Positions 27,001 through 37,424 of a stretch of 64,000 nucleotides of DNA are shown in pieces. The notes beneath the pieces were generated by a model that was not told where the DNA came from, searched no databases, and saw only the letters and a program-made list of their open reading frames with translations. Position 1 is the first letter of the stretch. Each line of letters begins with the position of its first letter. Source of the DNA: Leadbetterella byssophila (GTDB lineage Bacteria > Bacteroidota > Bacteroidia > Cytophagales > Spirosomataceae); contig JBEBRR010000007.1 in the NCBI GenBank assembly GCA_040394735.1, forward strand, positions 4,149 through 68,148, written 5' to 3'. The translations under genes were made by a program, and so were the position numbers.

Positions 27001-28092
27001 TCATCTGTATAGGTCTAGCACCTGTTTCGTTGCCTCCAGAAAGGCCCGTTTCCATTTCCGGTCAGGTTCCAGGTGATTTCCTTCGGCCCACTCATTCCAG
27101 GCATTGATAAATACAAAGTTTTCTTCCGGAGAGTAGACCTCACTTTGCTTACAAACGTCCTCCAGCCACTCCTGGTACAGCTCCGGGGTGGCATTATGCA
27201 TAATAAAGGCATCGTTTTTCCGTCGTGCGCTGTTGTCCCAGCCCGGCACAATGGCCCGGAAGTGCTTCTGCAGGAGGCGCGGCTTGTTTTTCATCCTCCT
27301 GACTACTTCGGCGTAGGCGATTTTCCGGTAGGTCCGGCCTAAGGAAAACCTGTTTTTCAGCCGGTCAAGGTAACCCGGCACCACCTTCAGGTGGGTCCAG
27401 TCGGGTTGCCAGTCCACCACGATATCGAGCCCTGTTTCAGCCGCGCTCACTTCAAATTCGGAGGAAGTAAGAATCCCGCCGAGATAAAGGTCTTCAAAAC
27501 CGTTCTGCCGGGCCACTTCCCGCCAGATGGCCACTGTTTTTTTCAGATCAGGGATGATATGGGTATTGTAAAACAGGAAAAAAGGCTTGTTATTGACCCG
27601 GATATAGCGTTTATCGCTGAAAACATGCGTACAGAGGTAGTGCGCGTGGTCCCGGTGGTCTTCTTCCGAATAGTGCTGTTCTATCAGTACTTCCTTGTCC
27701 TTGCCGTCCCATCTCCTCGACCAGTTTTCATTGGCCCAGGCCAGCATAAACGGGAAATCGGGCCGGCCGGAGGCGAGGATCTCGTTCACGGGCTGCTCCA
27801 TCAGTCTTTTGCCGTTAAACCAGTAATGGTAATAACAGAAGCCGTAAAGGCCGTATTCGCGGGCCATATCTGCCTGGTCGACTAGCGATTGCAGCAGGCG
27901 GAGATCATAAAAGCCCAGGTCGGCAGGCAGATGCGGCTGGTAATGGCCCCTGAAGCGCGGACGTGCCCTGACCGTGTTGGTCCATTCGGTAAAGCCTTTT
28001 CCCCACCAGGCGTCGTTTTCGGGAAAAGGATGGAACTGGGGCAATACCACGGCTAAAGCTCTTAGTTTTTTGTCGATCTGCACTGCGCTCAT
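27001..28092 (-). CDS. WbsX-like / GH99-like domain protein
   Basis: LPQFHP.PEND.WWGKGFTEWTN, LGFYDLR, YYHYWF, PGWDNSAR, FINAWNEWAEG. Confidence 0.9.
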   Translation of the reverse strand: MSAVQIDKKLRALAVVLPQFHPFPENDAWWGKGFTEWTNTVRARPRFRGHYQPHLPADLGFYDLRLLQSLVDQADMAREYGLYGFCYYHYWFNGKRLMEQPVNEILASGRPDFPFMLAWANENWSRRWDGKDKEVLIEQHYSEEDHRDHAHYLCTHVFSDKRYIRVNNKPFFLFYNTHIIPDLKKTVAIWREVARQNGFEDLYLGGILTSSEFEVSAAETGLDIVVDWQPDWTHLKVVPGYLDRLKNRFSLGRTYRKIAYAEVVRRMKNKPRLLQKHFRAIVPGWDNSARRKNDAFIMHNATPELYQEWLEDVCKQSEVYSPEENFVFINAWNEWAEGNHLEPDRKWKRAFLEATKQVLDLYR

Positions 28093-28186
28093 ATTCTGAT
28101 TTGAAGGTGCGAATTTACTATACTAAATTTCAATTTCCGGTCAAAAATACATAATTTTGAAGGGAATCTAATCAAACACGAACAGA

Positions 28187-30796
28187 ATGGCCAAAGCCGC
28201 CGAACCTAAGGAAACACCATTAAACAAACAGTACAATCAGATCAAGGCGAAATATCCCGGCGCTATGCTGCTCTTCCGGGTAGGGGATTTTTACGAGACC
28301 TTTGGTGAAGATGCCATTAAAGCTTCCAGAATACTGGGTATTGTGCTCACCCGCCGGAATAACGGCGGAGCCAATGACGAGCTGGCGGGTTTTCCGCACC
28401 ACTCCCTCGATACTTACCTGCCGAGACTGGTGCGTGCCGGGCAGCGTGTGGCCATCTGCGACCAGCTGGAAGATCCGAAGTCGGTAAAGGGGATAGTAAA
28501 GCGGGGCGTAACCGAGCTGGTCACCCCGGGCGTTTCCTTTAATGATAATGTGCTGGATGTGCGGCAGAACAATTACCTGGCTTCCGTACACTTTGCCGCC
28601 GATGACCTGCTGGGAGTGGCCTTCCTGGATATCAGTACGGGAGAATTTTTTACCACGGAAGGTACGGTGGCCTATGTGGATAAGCTGATCCAGGGTTTCA
28701 GCCCTTCGGAGATCCTGTATTGCAAAAAGCACAAGAAGCGTTTTGAATATATCTTCGGCGATAAGTACAATACCTATACTTTTGAAGACTGGGTATATGC
28801 CTATGATTTTTCCTTCGAGCTGCTGATCAAGCATTTCAAAACCAATAACCTGAAAGGCTTCGGGGTAGAAAATCTCCGCGAAGGGATAACGGCCGCCGGG
28901 GTGATCCTGCAATACCTGAACGATACCGAGCACCGGGAAATGAACCATATCAGCCGTCTGAACCGGCTGGACAAGGATAATTACGTATGGCTGGACCGTT
29001 TCACCATCCGGAACCTGGAGCTGCTTTTTGCCCAGTACGAAGGCGGTGTTCCGCTGATTGAAGTGCTGGATCAGACCATTACGCCGATGGGAGCCCGACT
29101 GCTGAGGAAATGGATGGTGCTGCCCCTGAAAAACAAAACCCAGATAGAGGAACGCCTGGATACCGTAGAGTTTTTCCGGAATGATGATAAAGTGATGCAG
29201 TCGCTGATCCAGATCCTCAAGCCGATAGGTGACCTGGAAAGGCTGGTGTCAAAAGTGGCGGTGCGGCGGATCAGTCCGCGGGAGATGGTTCAGCTCAGGA
29301 AAGCCCTGGGGCAGATTGAACCGTTGAAGCAGCTTCTGAGCGAAAGCACGAATAAGGCGCTGGAAAAATATACGGCGCAGCTGAACGACTGCCGCTTTCT
29401 CATTGATAAAATTTCTGCCGAGCTGAGAGAAGATGCCCCTGCCCAGGCCAACCAGGGAAATATGATCCGCTCAGGGGTGGATGAAGCGCTCGATGAGTTG
29501 CATAAAATTGCTTTTTCCGGGAAAGACTACCTGGTGGATATCCAGACCCGCGAGGCCGAACGCACGGGAATCCCTTCGCTGAAAATAGCGTATAATAAGG
29601 TGTTCGGATATTACCTGGAGGTGTCGAATGCCCACAAGGACAAAGTGCCCCAGGAGTGGATCCGGAAGCAGACGCTGGTGAATGCCGAGCGATATATCAC
29701 GGAAGAGCTGAAGGTGTATGAGGAGAAGATTCTGACAGCCGAAAGCAAGATCAATGAAATTGAATTCCGGGTTTTCAGTGATCTTGTAGTAACCGCCGGA
29801 GAGTTTGTGACGGCTATCCAGGAGAATGCGCGGGTAATATCTGCGCTGGATGCCCTGCTGTCATTTGCCCGTGTGGCGAAGAAAAACGGCTACTGCCGGC
29901 CGGTAATTTCCGAAAGCCGCGTGCTGAATATCAGGGAAGGGCGGCACCCGGTGATCGAACAACAGTTGCCTCCGGGGGAGTCGTATGTGCCCAATGATCT
30001 GTATCTCGATGATGACAGCCAGCAGATCATCATCATTACAGGGCCGAACATGGCGGGTAAGTCGGCCCTGCTACGGCAGACAGCGCTGATTGTGCTGATG
30101 GCCCAGACCGGCAGTTTTGTGCCGGCCGCATCAGCCGAAGTAGGCCTGGTAGACAAGATTTTTACCCGGGTGGGGGCCAATGATAACCTGTCGCGCGGAG
30201 AAAGCACCTTTATGGTGGAAATGACGGAAACCTCCTCTATCCTGAATAACCTGGGCGACCGCAGCCTGGTTATCATGGACGAGATCGGGCGGGGTACCAG
30301 CACCTATGACGGCGTGAGCATTGCCTGGAGCATTGCCGAGTACCTGCACAATAACCAGAAGCTCAGGCCCCGTACGCTGTTTGCCACCCATTATCATGAG
30401 CTGAATAACCTGACCAACGACCTGCAGCGCATCAAAAACTATAATGTGTCGGTAAAAGAGCTGAACGGGAAGATCGTCTTTTTGCGTAAATTAAAGGAGG
30501 GAGGAAGTGAGCACAGCTTCGGTATTCATGTGGCCCAGCTGGCCGGTATGCCGCAAAGCGTGGTGCTGAGGGCCAACGAGATCCTGCAGGCGCTGGAGAA
30601 AAGTGAAGCCAAGGAAAAGAATAAGCAAAAGTTAAATGATGCGCCGAAAAATAACTACCAGCTGAACTTTTTTGACCCGGTAGACCCGGTGGGGGAAGAA
30701 ATCAAAGAGAGCATTCGCGCGCTGGATCTGAATACGCTTTCACCGATAGAAGCGCTGCTGAAGTTGAACGAATTGCAGAATAAGTTGAAGGGGTGA
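28187..30796 (+). CDS. mutS: DNA mismatch repair protein MutS
   Basis: [43 protein letters not shown]; promoter box TAATTTTG 28152-28159. Confidence 0.98.
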   Translation: MAKAAEPKETPLNKQYNQIKAKYPGAMLLFRVGDFYETFGEDAIKASRILGIVLTRRNNGGANDELAGFPHHSLDTYLPRLVRAGQRVAICDQLEDPKSVKGIVKRGVTELVTPGVSFNDNVLDVRQNNYLASVHFAADDLLGVAFLDISTGEFFTTEGTVAYVDKLIQGFSPSEILYCKKHKKRFEYIFGDKYNTYTFEDWVYAYDFSFELLIKHFKTNNLKGFGVENLREGITAAGVILQYLNDTEHREMNHISRLNRLDKDNYVWLDRFTIRNLELLFAQYEGGVPLIEVLDQTITPMGARLLRKWMVLPLKNKTQIEERLDTVEFFRNDDKVMQSLIQILKPIGDLERLVSKVAVRRISPREMVQLRKALGQIEPLKQLLSESTNKALEKYTAQLNDCRFLIDKISAELREDAPAQANQGNMIRSGVDEALDELHKIAFSGKDYLVDIQTREAERTGIPSLKIAYNKVFGYYLEVSNAHKDKVPQEWIRKQTLVNAERYITEELKVYEEKILTAESKINEIEFRVFSDLVVTAGEFVTAIQENARVISALDALLSFARVAKKNGYCRPVISESRVLNIREGRHPVIEQQLPPGESYVPNDLYLDDDSQQIIIITGPNMAGKSALLRQTALIVLMAQTGSFVPAASAEVGLVDKIFTRVGANDNLSRGESTFMVEMTETSSILNNLGDRSLVIMDEIGRGTSTYDGVSIAWSIAEYLHNNQKLRPRTLFATHYHELNNLTNDLQRIKNYNVSVKELNGKIVFLRKLKEGGSEHSFGIHVAQLAGMPQSVVLRANEILQALEKSEAKEKNKQKLNDAPKNNYQLNFFDPVDPVGEEIKESIRALDLNTLSPIEALLKLNELQNKLKG

Positions 30797-30802
30797 GGTC
30801 AG

Positions 30803-30919
30803 AGATATAACTCCTGACGGGGTAAGAGGAGTGTGGTGGTGTACCGTTCTACCAATATGAAGTGTCCCTGATGGGACAGAGTAGAAACTGTCAGCTGTAG
30901 AGGCGCTACTATGGGTAGA
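30803..30919. repeat. GTAG/CTAC-type REP-like cluster
   Basis: ACTCCTGACGGGGT and CTACCAATAT...GTCCCTGATGGGAC mini-palindromes; related copies at 54897-54970. Confidence 0.65.
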
Positions 30920-30933
30920 TATAAAATAGGAAT

Positions 30934-30966
30934 AAAAAAAAGTTAGATATTTTTAATATCTAACTT
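30934..30966 (-). terminator. Intrinsic terminator for small ORF
   Basis: AAGTTAGATATT/AATATCTAACTT 12-bp stem followed by a U-run on the minus strand. Confidence 0.75.
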
Positions 30967-30969
30967 CTC

Positions 30970-31053
30970 TTACTTCTCATCGAGCCGGTCGTACTCGGTC
31001 TCTTCGGAGTCCTGAAAATCCAGGTCATCAGGATGCAACGCGTAATCTTCCAT
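30970..31053 (-). CDS. Putative 27-aa acidic small protein MEDYALHPDDLDFQDSEETEYDRLDEK
   Basis: Hand translation; A-rich leader CAACAAAACCAACACAAATC-ATG; terminator 3 nt after the stop. Confidence 0.55.
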   Translation of the reverse strand: MEDYALHPDDLDFQDSEETEYDRLDEK

Positions 31054-31245
31054 GATTTGTGTTGGTTTTGTTGTGAAATAATTTACCACAAATTCCCCGG
31101 CAAAAAGCCGGTGTTTTTACTTTTCCTGTTCAAAATTGCTTCTTTACTCACTGGTTTCCAAAGAATTGGAGTTAAGGAATTGTGAAATTGTTGCCTGGTA
31201 AGCGTTTAATTCACATTTTTACGGGCAGAATAGCATATCAACCTT

Positions 31246-33885
31246 ATGGCCCATCCCGTTTTTTTTCTTTGCTTCTTCTCCGTGATCATCTCCCATGCCC
31301 AGCTCTATGATCTGCGGACCGAGCATCTGACCGCTCCTTTGGGAATAGATACCCCCGCTCCGCGACTTTCCTGGAAACAGGAAGATAACCGCCCCGGAGC
31401 CGGCCAGAAGGCGTACCAGGTATGGCTTGACACCGATTCACTGGCCGTGGCGGGAGAAAAAACAGCATTGGCGGGCAGGGTCAATTCCCCGGAGAATCTG
31501 GTGACCTATACCCGCGGTAATCTGCAACCCTATACCCGGTATTTCTGGAAGGTGGCCGTATGGGATAACCACGGCGGCAGGGTGCAGTCGGAGGTCACTT
31601 CTTTTGAAACGGGATTAATGCATGTGAAGAACTGGAAAGGAGAGTGGATCAGCGACGGTACGGATATCGGGCTGAAGCCGGCGCCCTATTTCCGGCATGG
31701 TTTTGAAACCGGGAAGAAGATCCGGTCGGCCAGGGCCTATATAGCGGCCGGCGGGCTTTTCGAGCTGTATATTAACGGCACCAGGATAGGAGATCACGTG
31801 CTGGATCCTAACTATACCCGTTTTGACCGCCGGATTCTCTATGTAACCCATGATGTCACTAAAGAGCTGAAGGCGGGGAGGAACGCTATAGGCGTTTTGC
31901 TGGGGAACGGCTGGTATAACCATCAGTCTACTGCGGTATGGTATTTCGACCGGGCACCCTGGCGGAACCGGCCCGCTTTCTGCATGGACCTGCGGATCAC
32001 CTACGAAGACGGGTCGGTAGAGACGGTTTCTTCAGGCAGGAACTGGAAAACGGCGCTCAGCCCGGTTATCTTTAACAGTATCTATACCGCTGAGCATTAC
32101 GATGCCCGCAAAGAAATCACCGGCTGGAATCTCCCCGGTTTTGATGACTCCCGCTGGAAGAATTCTGTGTTGCGTTCGGCACCGTCGCAGAATATCGTAT
32201 CCCAGGCGTTTAAGCCTATACGGGCGGTAGAAGAGATCCGGGTAAAAAGCCTGAATAAGATAAGTGATACCGTGTATGTCTTTGATATAGGCAGAAATAT
32301 TTCAGGCGTCAGCAAAATCAGCCTGTCGGGCCCGGAAGGAACGGAAATACGGCTTAAGCATGCCGAGCGGCTCTACGATAACGGCCGCCCGGATATGTCG
32401 AACATTGACGCCCATTACCGGCCTACGGATGACAGCGATCCGTTCCAGACCGATATTTATATCCTGAAAGGAGAGGGTATGGAAACTTTTATGCCCCGTT
32501 TTAACTATAAAGGATTTCAGTACGTGGAAGTGACCTCCAGCCGGCCGGTACAATTAAACAGCGGGAGCCTGAAAGCTTATTTTATTCATTCCGATGTGGA
32601 GCCGGCAGGTAAAATAACTTCCTCTGACGAGATCCTGAACCGGATCTGGCAGGCGACCAACAATTCTTACCTTTCTAACCTGGCGGGGTATCCTACCGAT
32701 TGTCCCCAACGGGAAAAAAACGGGTGGACAGGCGATGCCCATATTGCCAGTGAAACCGGCCTGTTTAACTTTGACGGGATCACCGTTTATGAAAAATGGC
32801 TGGCAGACCACCGCGACGAGCAGCAGCCGAACGGGGTGCTGCCCTCTATTATTCCTACCGGTGGCTGGGGCTATGAGTGGGGCAACGGGCCCGACTGGAC
32901 CAGCACCATTGCCATTATTCCCTGGAACCTGTACCTGTTTTACGGAGACAAGAAGCCTTTGCAGGATAACTATGAAAATATAAAGCGGTATGTGGATCAT
33001 ATTGATGATCTGTATCCTTCCGGGCTGACCTCCTGGGGGCTGGGCGACTGGATCCCGGTGAAATCCAAAGCACCCGTAGAGCTAACTTCCACGGCCTATT
33101 ACTATACCGATGCCCGGATACTGGCGCAGGCCGCCAGGCTGCTGGGGCAGGAGTCTGACCACCGGAAATACACCGCCCTGGCCGGAAAGATCCGGAATGC
33201 ATTTAATGATAAATATCTCAACCCGGCCACAGGCCTGTATGGCACAGGGCTGCAGACCGAGCTGGCTGTGCCGCTTTTCTGGGAGCTGGTTCCGGAAGAA
33301 TTACGTCAGAAGGTCGCCGGTAACCTGGCCCTGCGCGTCAGAGAAGACGGTATGCAGATGGACGTGGGCCTGCTGGGTACCAAAGCCTTGCTTCAGGCCC
33401 TGAGCGATAACGGGCATGAAGATGTAGCCTATGCGCTGGCCGGACGGAAAACGTTCCCTTCCTGGGGCTGGTGGATCACCAACGGGGCTACTACCCTGTA
33501 TGAAAACTGGCCTATTGACGCCCAATCCGATATTTCCATGAACCATATTATGTTCGGGGAAATAGGCGCCTGGTTATTCAAGGCACCGGGGGGCATCAAA
33601 CCTGACCCTGCTCAGCCCGGTTTCCGGAATGTTATTCTTGAACCCCGCTTTATGGAGGGTCTCGACAGCTTCAGCGCTGAGCATAACGGCCGCTACGGCA
33701 CCATCCGCTCTTCCTGGGAGAAAAACGCAGCAGGTATTAACTGGCAGGTGACTATCCCTGCCAATTCAAGCGGTACGGTACGTTTACCGCAGATCAAAGG
33801 CCGGAACTGGTATAAAGACGGGGTGCAATTAAAGGGATTCGAAATTCAGATCCCCTCGGGAAAACATGTGTTTAACAATAACTGA
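31246..33885 (+). CDS. Alpha-L-rhamnosidase (GH78 family)
   Basis: PLGID...PRLSW, LGNGWYN, FDIGRN, FNYKGFQYVE, PTDCPQREKNGWTGD, GATTLYENW, SMNH. Confidence 0.92.
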   Translation: MAHPVFFLCFFSVIISHAQLYDLRTEHLTAPLGIDTPAPRLSWKQEDNRPGAGQKAYQVWLDTDSLAVAGEKTALAGRVNSPENLVTYTRGNLQPYTRYFWKVAVWDNHGGRVQSEVTSFETGLMHVKNWKGEWISDGTDIGLKPAPYFRHGFETGKKIRSARAYIAAGGLFELYINGTRIGDHVLDPNYTRFDRRILYVTHDVTKELKAGRNAIGVLLGNGWYNHQSTAVWYFDRAPWRNRPAFCMDLRITYEDGSVETVSSGRNWKTALSPVIFNSIYTAEHYDARKEITGWNLPGFDDSRWKNSVLRSAPSQNIVSQAFKPIRAVEEIRVKSLNKISDTVYVFDIGRNISGVSKISLSGPEGTEIRLKHAERLYDNGRPDMSNIDAHYRPTDDSDPFQTDIYILKGEGMETFMPRFNYKGFQYVEVTSSRPVQLNSGSLKAYFIHSDVEPAGKITSSDEILNRIWQATNNSYLSNLAGYPTDCPQREKNGWTGDAHIASETGLFNFDGITVYEKWLADHRDEQQPNGVLPSIIPTGGWGYEWGNGPDWTSTIAIIPWNLYLFYGDKKPLQDNYENIKRYVDHIDDLYPSGLTSWGLGDWIPVKSKAPVELTSTAYYYTDARILAQAARLLGQESDHRKYTALAGKIRNAFNDKYLNPATGLYGTGLQTELAVPLFWELVPEELRQKVAGNLALRVREDGMQMDVGLLGTKALLQALSDNGHEDVAYALAGRKTFPSWGWWITNGATTLYENWPIDAQSDISMNHIMFGEIGAWLFKAPGGIKPDPAQPGFRNVILEPRFMEGLDSFSAEHNGRYGTIRSSWEKNAAGINWQVTIPANSSGTVRLPQIKGRNWYKDGVQLKGFEIQIPSGKHVFNNN

Positions 33886-33950
33886 CCGGAAACAGGGAAG
33901 ATGCACTTTAGCGTCTGAAATCTAATAGTATTATAGTATTTCATTAAACG

Positions 33951-34028
33951 AATTGCCCTTCGATAAGCTCAGGGCGACAAGGGCATCGTGCGCACTCATT
34001 GTCATCCTGAGCTTATCGAAGGGCAATT
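33951..34028. repeat. REP-like long inverted repeat (30-bp arms, 28/30 match, 18-nt loop)
   Basis: AATTGCCCTTCGATAAGCTCAGGGCGACAA / TTGTCATCCTGAGCTTATCGAAGGGCAATT between convergent genes. Confidence 0.85.
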
Positions 34029-34043
34029 TACTCTTCTTTAGCC

Positions 34044-36080
34044 TTACGCTTCTTTTTCTGTGGTCTGATCTTCCGGTTTGGAGTCAGAAACCTGAAGGGT
34101 TTCGGGATCCTTTTTATCCAGGAATTCCTGGTAAACCGTAGGCTTGTCAAATGGCCTCTCACCGATGATCTCCACCAGGTCATGCTGATAAATGATCTCT
34201 CTGTCCAGCAGCGCCTTGGCCAGCAGATCCAGCTCGTGACGCTTTTCAATCAGCAGGTCTTTGGTAGTGGAATAGGCCAGATCAATCAGCTTTTTCACTT
34301 CCTCATCAATCAGCTTGGCAGTACTTTCCGAATACGGTTTGGAGAACGAATACTCGCTTTGTCCTTTGGAGTCGTAATAGGAGATATGCCCCAGCTTATC
34401 GTTCATACCGTAAATGGTCACCATGCTGTAAGCCATTTTGGTAATCTTTTCCAGGTCGCTTAACGCACCGGTCGAAATCTTTCCGAACACCACCTCTTCT
34501 GCTGCGCGGCCACCCAGCGCCATACACATTTCGTCGAACAGCTGTTCCGTACGGTACAGGTACTGCTCTTTCGGCAGGTATTGTGCATAACCCAGCGCCG
34601 CAATGCCGCGGGGCACGATACTCACCTTTACCAGCGGGTTGGCGTGCTCCAGGAACCATCCTGAAATAGCGTGACCGGCCTCATGATAAGCTACGATTTC
34701 CTTTTCCTCCGGCGAGATCAGCTTATTACGCTTTTCAAGTCCGCCGATCTCCCGGTCAATCGCATCCTGGAAATCCTTCATCTCTACCTGCTGCTTTCCT
34801 CTCCGGGCAGCCAGCAGAGCGGCTTCATTACAGACGTTGGCGATCTCCGCTCCGGCGAATCCGGGTGTCTGGGCAGCCAGTTTCTTGGCGTCTACTTCGG
34901 CAGCGGCTTTCACCGGCTTCAGGTGAACTTTAAATATAGCCTCGCGGCCGTTGATGTCCGGAACGTCTACCGAGATCTGGCGGTCAAAACGGCCCGGTCT
35001 CAGCAGGGCGGCATCCAGTACATCCGGACGGTTGGTGGCGGCAAGAATAATGATCCCGGTATCGGAACCGAAACCGTCCATTTCCACGAGCAGGGAGTTC
35101 AGGGTATTTTCCCTTTCATCATTTCCGCCGGGCATAGCCCCTTTACCGCGGCTTCTGCCCACAGCATCTATCTCATCGATAAAGATGATACAGGGCGCCT
35201 TTTCTTTGGCCTGCTTGAACAGGTCACGTACCCGGGCGGCACCCACCCCCACAAACATTTCCACAAAGTCGGAACCGGACAATGAGAAGAAAGGAACACT
35301 GGCTTCGCCTGCTACAGCCTTCGCCATCAGGGTTTTACCGGTGCCCGGAGGGCCTACCAGCAGCGCCCCTTTGGGTATTTTACCTCCCAGCTCGGTGTAT
35401 TTGCTCGGTTTTTTCAGGAATTCCACAATCTCTGTCAGCTCTTCCTTGGCTTCATCCAGGCCGGCTACATCAGCAAAAGTGATCTTTACCCGGTTATCCG
35501 CATCAAACAGGGCCGCTTTGGATTTGCCGATATTGAATATGGCGCCTCCGGGTCCGCCGCCTGACATCCGGGTCATCAGGAAATACATCAGACCGAAAAG
35601 GAACAGCCAGGGAAACAAAGACAGGAAGATCTGCATGTAATCGCTCCTTTCCACCGAATCGGGGTACAATTTGCTTTTGTACTCTTCCGGCAGGTTGCTG
35701 TCTTTCAGGAAACCGGTAAAGCTGTTCATAAAGGAATCATCCGAAATGACATTCATTTCCAGGTGAGGCCCTTTCGAAAATTTGGCATTTCCCAGTTTAT
35801 TCTTATACGCAGGGTTGCTGAGGCCCTTCTGGTTGAGCGAGACTTCCACCAGCTTTTTCCCTTTCACGATAGACAGGCTCTCCACTTCCTGGTTTTGCAC
35901 CATTTCCTCGAAAGTTTTATAGGGAATGGTAGGAAGCGCGCTTTTGGAGTTAAAGAAAAGCAGGCCTATAATGGCCAGGATCAAGGTAGCCACCATCCAC
36001 CCCTGCATGCCCCCGGGCGGGTTGGGGTTAATCTTCTTTCGCGGCGGATTAGGCTGGCTTTTATTATTATCGTCAGACAT
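34044..36080 (-). CDS. ftsH: ATP-dependent zinc metalloprotease FtsH
   Basis: Two TM segments, [26 protein letters not shown]. Confidence 0.98.
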   Translation of the reverse strand: MSDDNNKSQPNPPRKKINPNPPGGMQGWMVATLILAIIGLLFFNSKSALPTIPYKTFEEMVQNQEVESLSIVKGKKLVEVSLNQKGLSNPAYKNKLGNAKFSKGPHLEMNVISDDSFMNSFTGFLKDSNLPEEYKSKLYPDSVERSDYMQIFLSLFPWLFLFGLMYFLMTRMSGGGPGGAIFNIGKSKAALFDADNRVKITFADVAGLDEAKEELTEIVEFLKKPSKYTELGGKIPKGALLVGPPGTGKTLMAKAVAGEASVPFFSLSGSDFVEMFVGVGAARVRDLFKQAKEKAPCIIFIDEIDAVGRSRGKGAMPGGNDERENTLNSLLVEMDGFGSDTGIIILAATNRPDVLDAALLRPGRFDRQISVDVPDINGREAIFKVHLKPVKAAAEVDAKKLAAQTPGFAGAEIANVCNEAALLAARRGKQQVEMKDFQDAIDREIGGLEKRNKLISPEEKEIVAYHEAGHAISGWFLEHANPLVKVSIVPRGIAALGYAQYLPKEQYLYRTEQLFDEMCMALGGRAAEEVVFGKISTGALSDLEKITKMAYSMVTIYGMNDKLGHISYYDSKGQSEYSFSKPYSESTAKLIDEEVKKLIDLAYSTTKDLLIEKRHELDLLAKALLDREIIYQHDLVEIIGERPFDKPTVYQEFLDKKDPETLQVSDSKPEDQTTEKEA

Positions 36081-36116
36081 AATTTATTCGTTGTTAAATT
36101 TTTTTAATCAATTATT

Positions 36117-36509
36117 TTACCGGAGAGGTACTTTGGAGGGAACCAGGGTGTCTCCGTAATACGTGAAGTCGGCATCCCCCCAGAGGCTTTCCAGGTCGTA
36201 AAACTCTCTGCGGTCTTTTCTGAAAATATGAACCACCACATTCACATAATCCAGAAGTATCCACTCCTTATTGGAAAAACCCTCTTTGTGCCACGGAAGT
36301 TCTTGGGAAGATTTGTAAACCTCTTCATCAACAGAATCAGCGATAGCCCCGATCTGTGTGTCAGATCCGCCGGAGCAGATGATAAAAAAGTCGGTGATGG
36401 CGCCCGGTACTTTTCTTAAATCCAGTTTAACGATGTCAGATCCCTTCTTTTCCTGTATTCCGTTTATTATTAAATCACATAAGGCCTCACTTGAAAACTT
36501 TTTCTTCAT
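36117..36509 (-). CDS. rsfS: Ribosome silencing factor
   Basis: EKKG.DI..LDL, DFFIICSG, WILLDY..VVVHIF...R.FYDLE.LWGD. Confidence 0.95.
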   Translation of the reverse strand: MKKKFSSEALCDLIINGIQEKKGSDIVKLDLRKVPGAITDFFIICSGGSDTQIGAIADSVDEEVYKSSQELPWHKEGFSNKEWILLDYVNVVVHIFRKDRREFYDLESLWGDADFTYYGDTLVPSKVPLR

Positions 36510-36582
36510 TCAAAAATCTTAATTGTTAATTTTGGAGCCGGATATCAAACTCCTTTTACTCAAAACGCTAAATTAATTTATT

Positions 36583-37332
36583 TTGCTCAAACTTCAGCCC
36601 AAAAGTTTATTTGTCGGTCAAAAACAGGTTTATCTGCCACATTGTCATTCTACCAATGACGTTGCTTCCGGATTAGGCCGGAACGGGGAGTTTACTGACG
36701 GTACCGTGGTGATCACCGACTACCAGACGCGGGGGCGCGGGCAGCGGGGCACCGCCTGGGAAGGAGAGCCGGGTAAGAACCTGATGATGAGCCTGCTAAT
36801 GGATACTTCCTTCCTCCCTGTTTCGCGGCAGTTTGACCTGAGCCTATGCGCGGCTTTAGGGGTCTGGTCGGCTTTGAAATCTGCAGGCCTGGAGAATGCC
36901 TGTATCAAATGGCCCAACGACCTGTATGCCGGAAACCGCAAGGTAGGCGGTATACTGATTGAGAATATGCTCCGCGAGGCGAGACTGTGCTCATCGGTGG
37001 TGGGAATCGGCATTAACATTCATCAGAACACGTTCGGAAACCCCAGGGCATCCTCTCTGGCCATGGAGGGATGCACTGCAGACAGGGATATGCTGGCAGA
37101 GCTGGTATGTTCTCATTTCGAGTATTTTTATATAAGACTTCGGGAAGGTGAAAACCTGCAGGAAGAGTACCTGGCCGTATTGCTGGGTCTGAATGAGGAG
37201 CGGGAATATATTTCCGGAAACCGGCGGTTCACCGGCATGATCCGCGGCATTTCGGAAGACGGCCGGCTGGTGGTGGAATCGGAGCTTCCGAAGAAAAATT
37301 TTGATATTAAGGAGATATCGTTTTGTTTTTAG
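36583..37332 (+). CDS. birA: Biotin--[acetyl-CoA-carboxylase] ligase (no N-terminal HTH)
   Basis: STND, QTRGRGQRG, IKWPND, KVGGILIE, GIGIN; promoter box TAATTTTG 36527-36534. Confidence 0.93.
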   Translation: MLKLQPKSLFVGQKQVYLPHCHSTNDVASGLGRNGEFTDGTVVITDYQTRGRGQRGTAWEGEPGKNLMMSLLMDTSFLPVSRQFDLSLCAALGVWSALKSAGLENACIKWPNDLYAGNRKVGGILIENMLREARLCSSVVGIGINIHQNTFGNPRASSLAMEGCTADRDMLAELVCSHFEYFYIRLREGENLQEEYLAVLLGLNEEREYISGNRRFTGMIRGISEDGRLVVESELPKKNFDIKEISFCF

Positions 37333-37424
37333 AGAAAATCAGCCCGGTTAGCCCGTGTAGCATTATTTTTGTGTAATATTGGCAAACCGCAACCATAAGC
37401 AGTTAAGTAGTGAAATTTGAAAAG

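Noticed and set aside
30797-31245. CRISPR array or IS element in the large mutS-GH78 gap
   Set aside because: No regularly spaced identical repeats, no transposase ORF and no terminal inverted repeats with target duplication.
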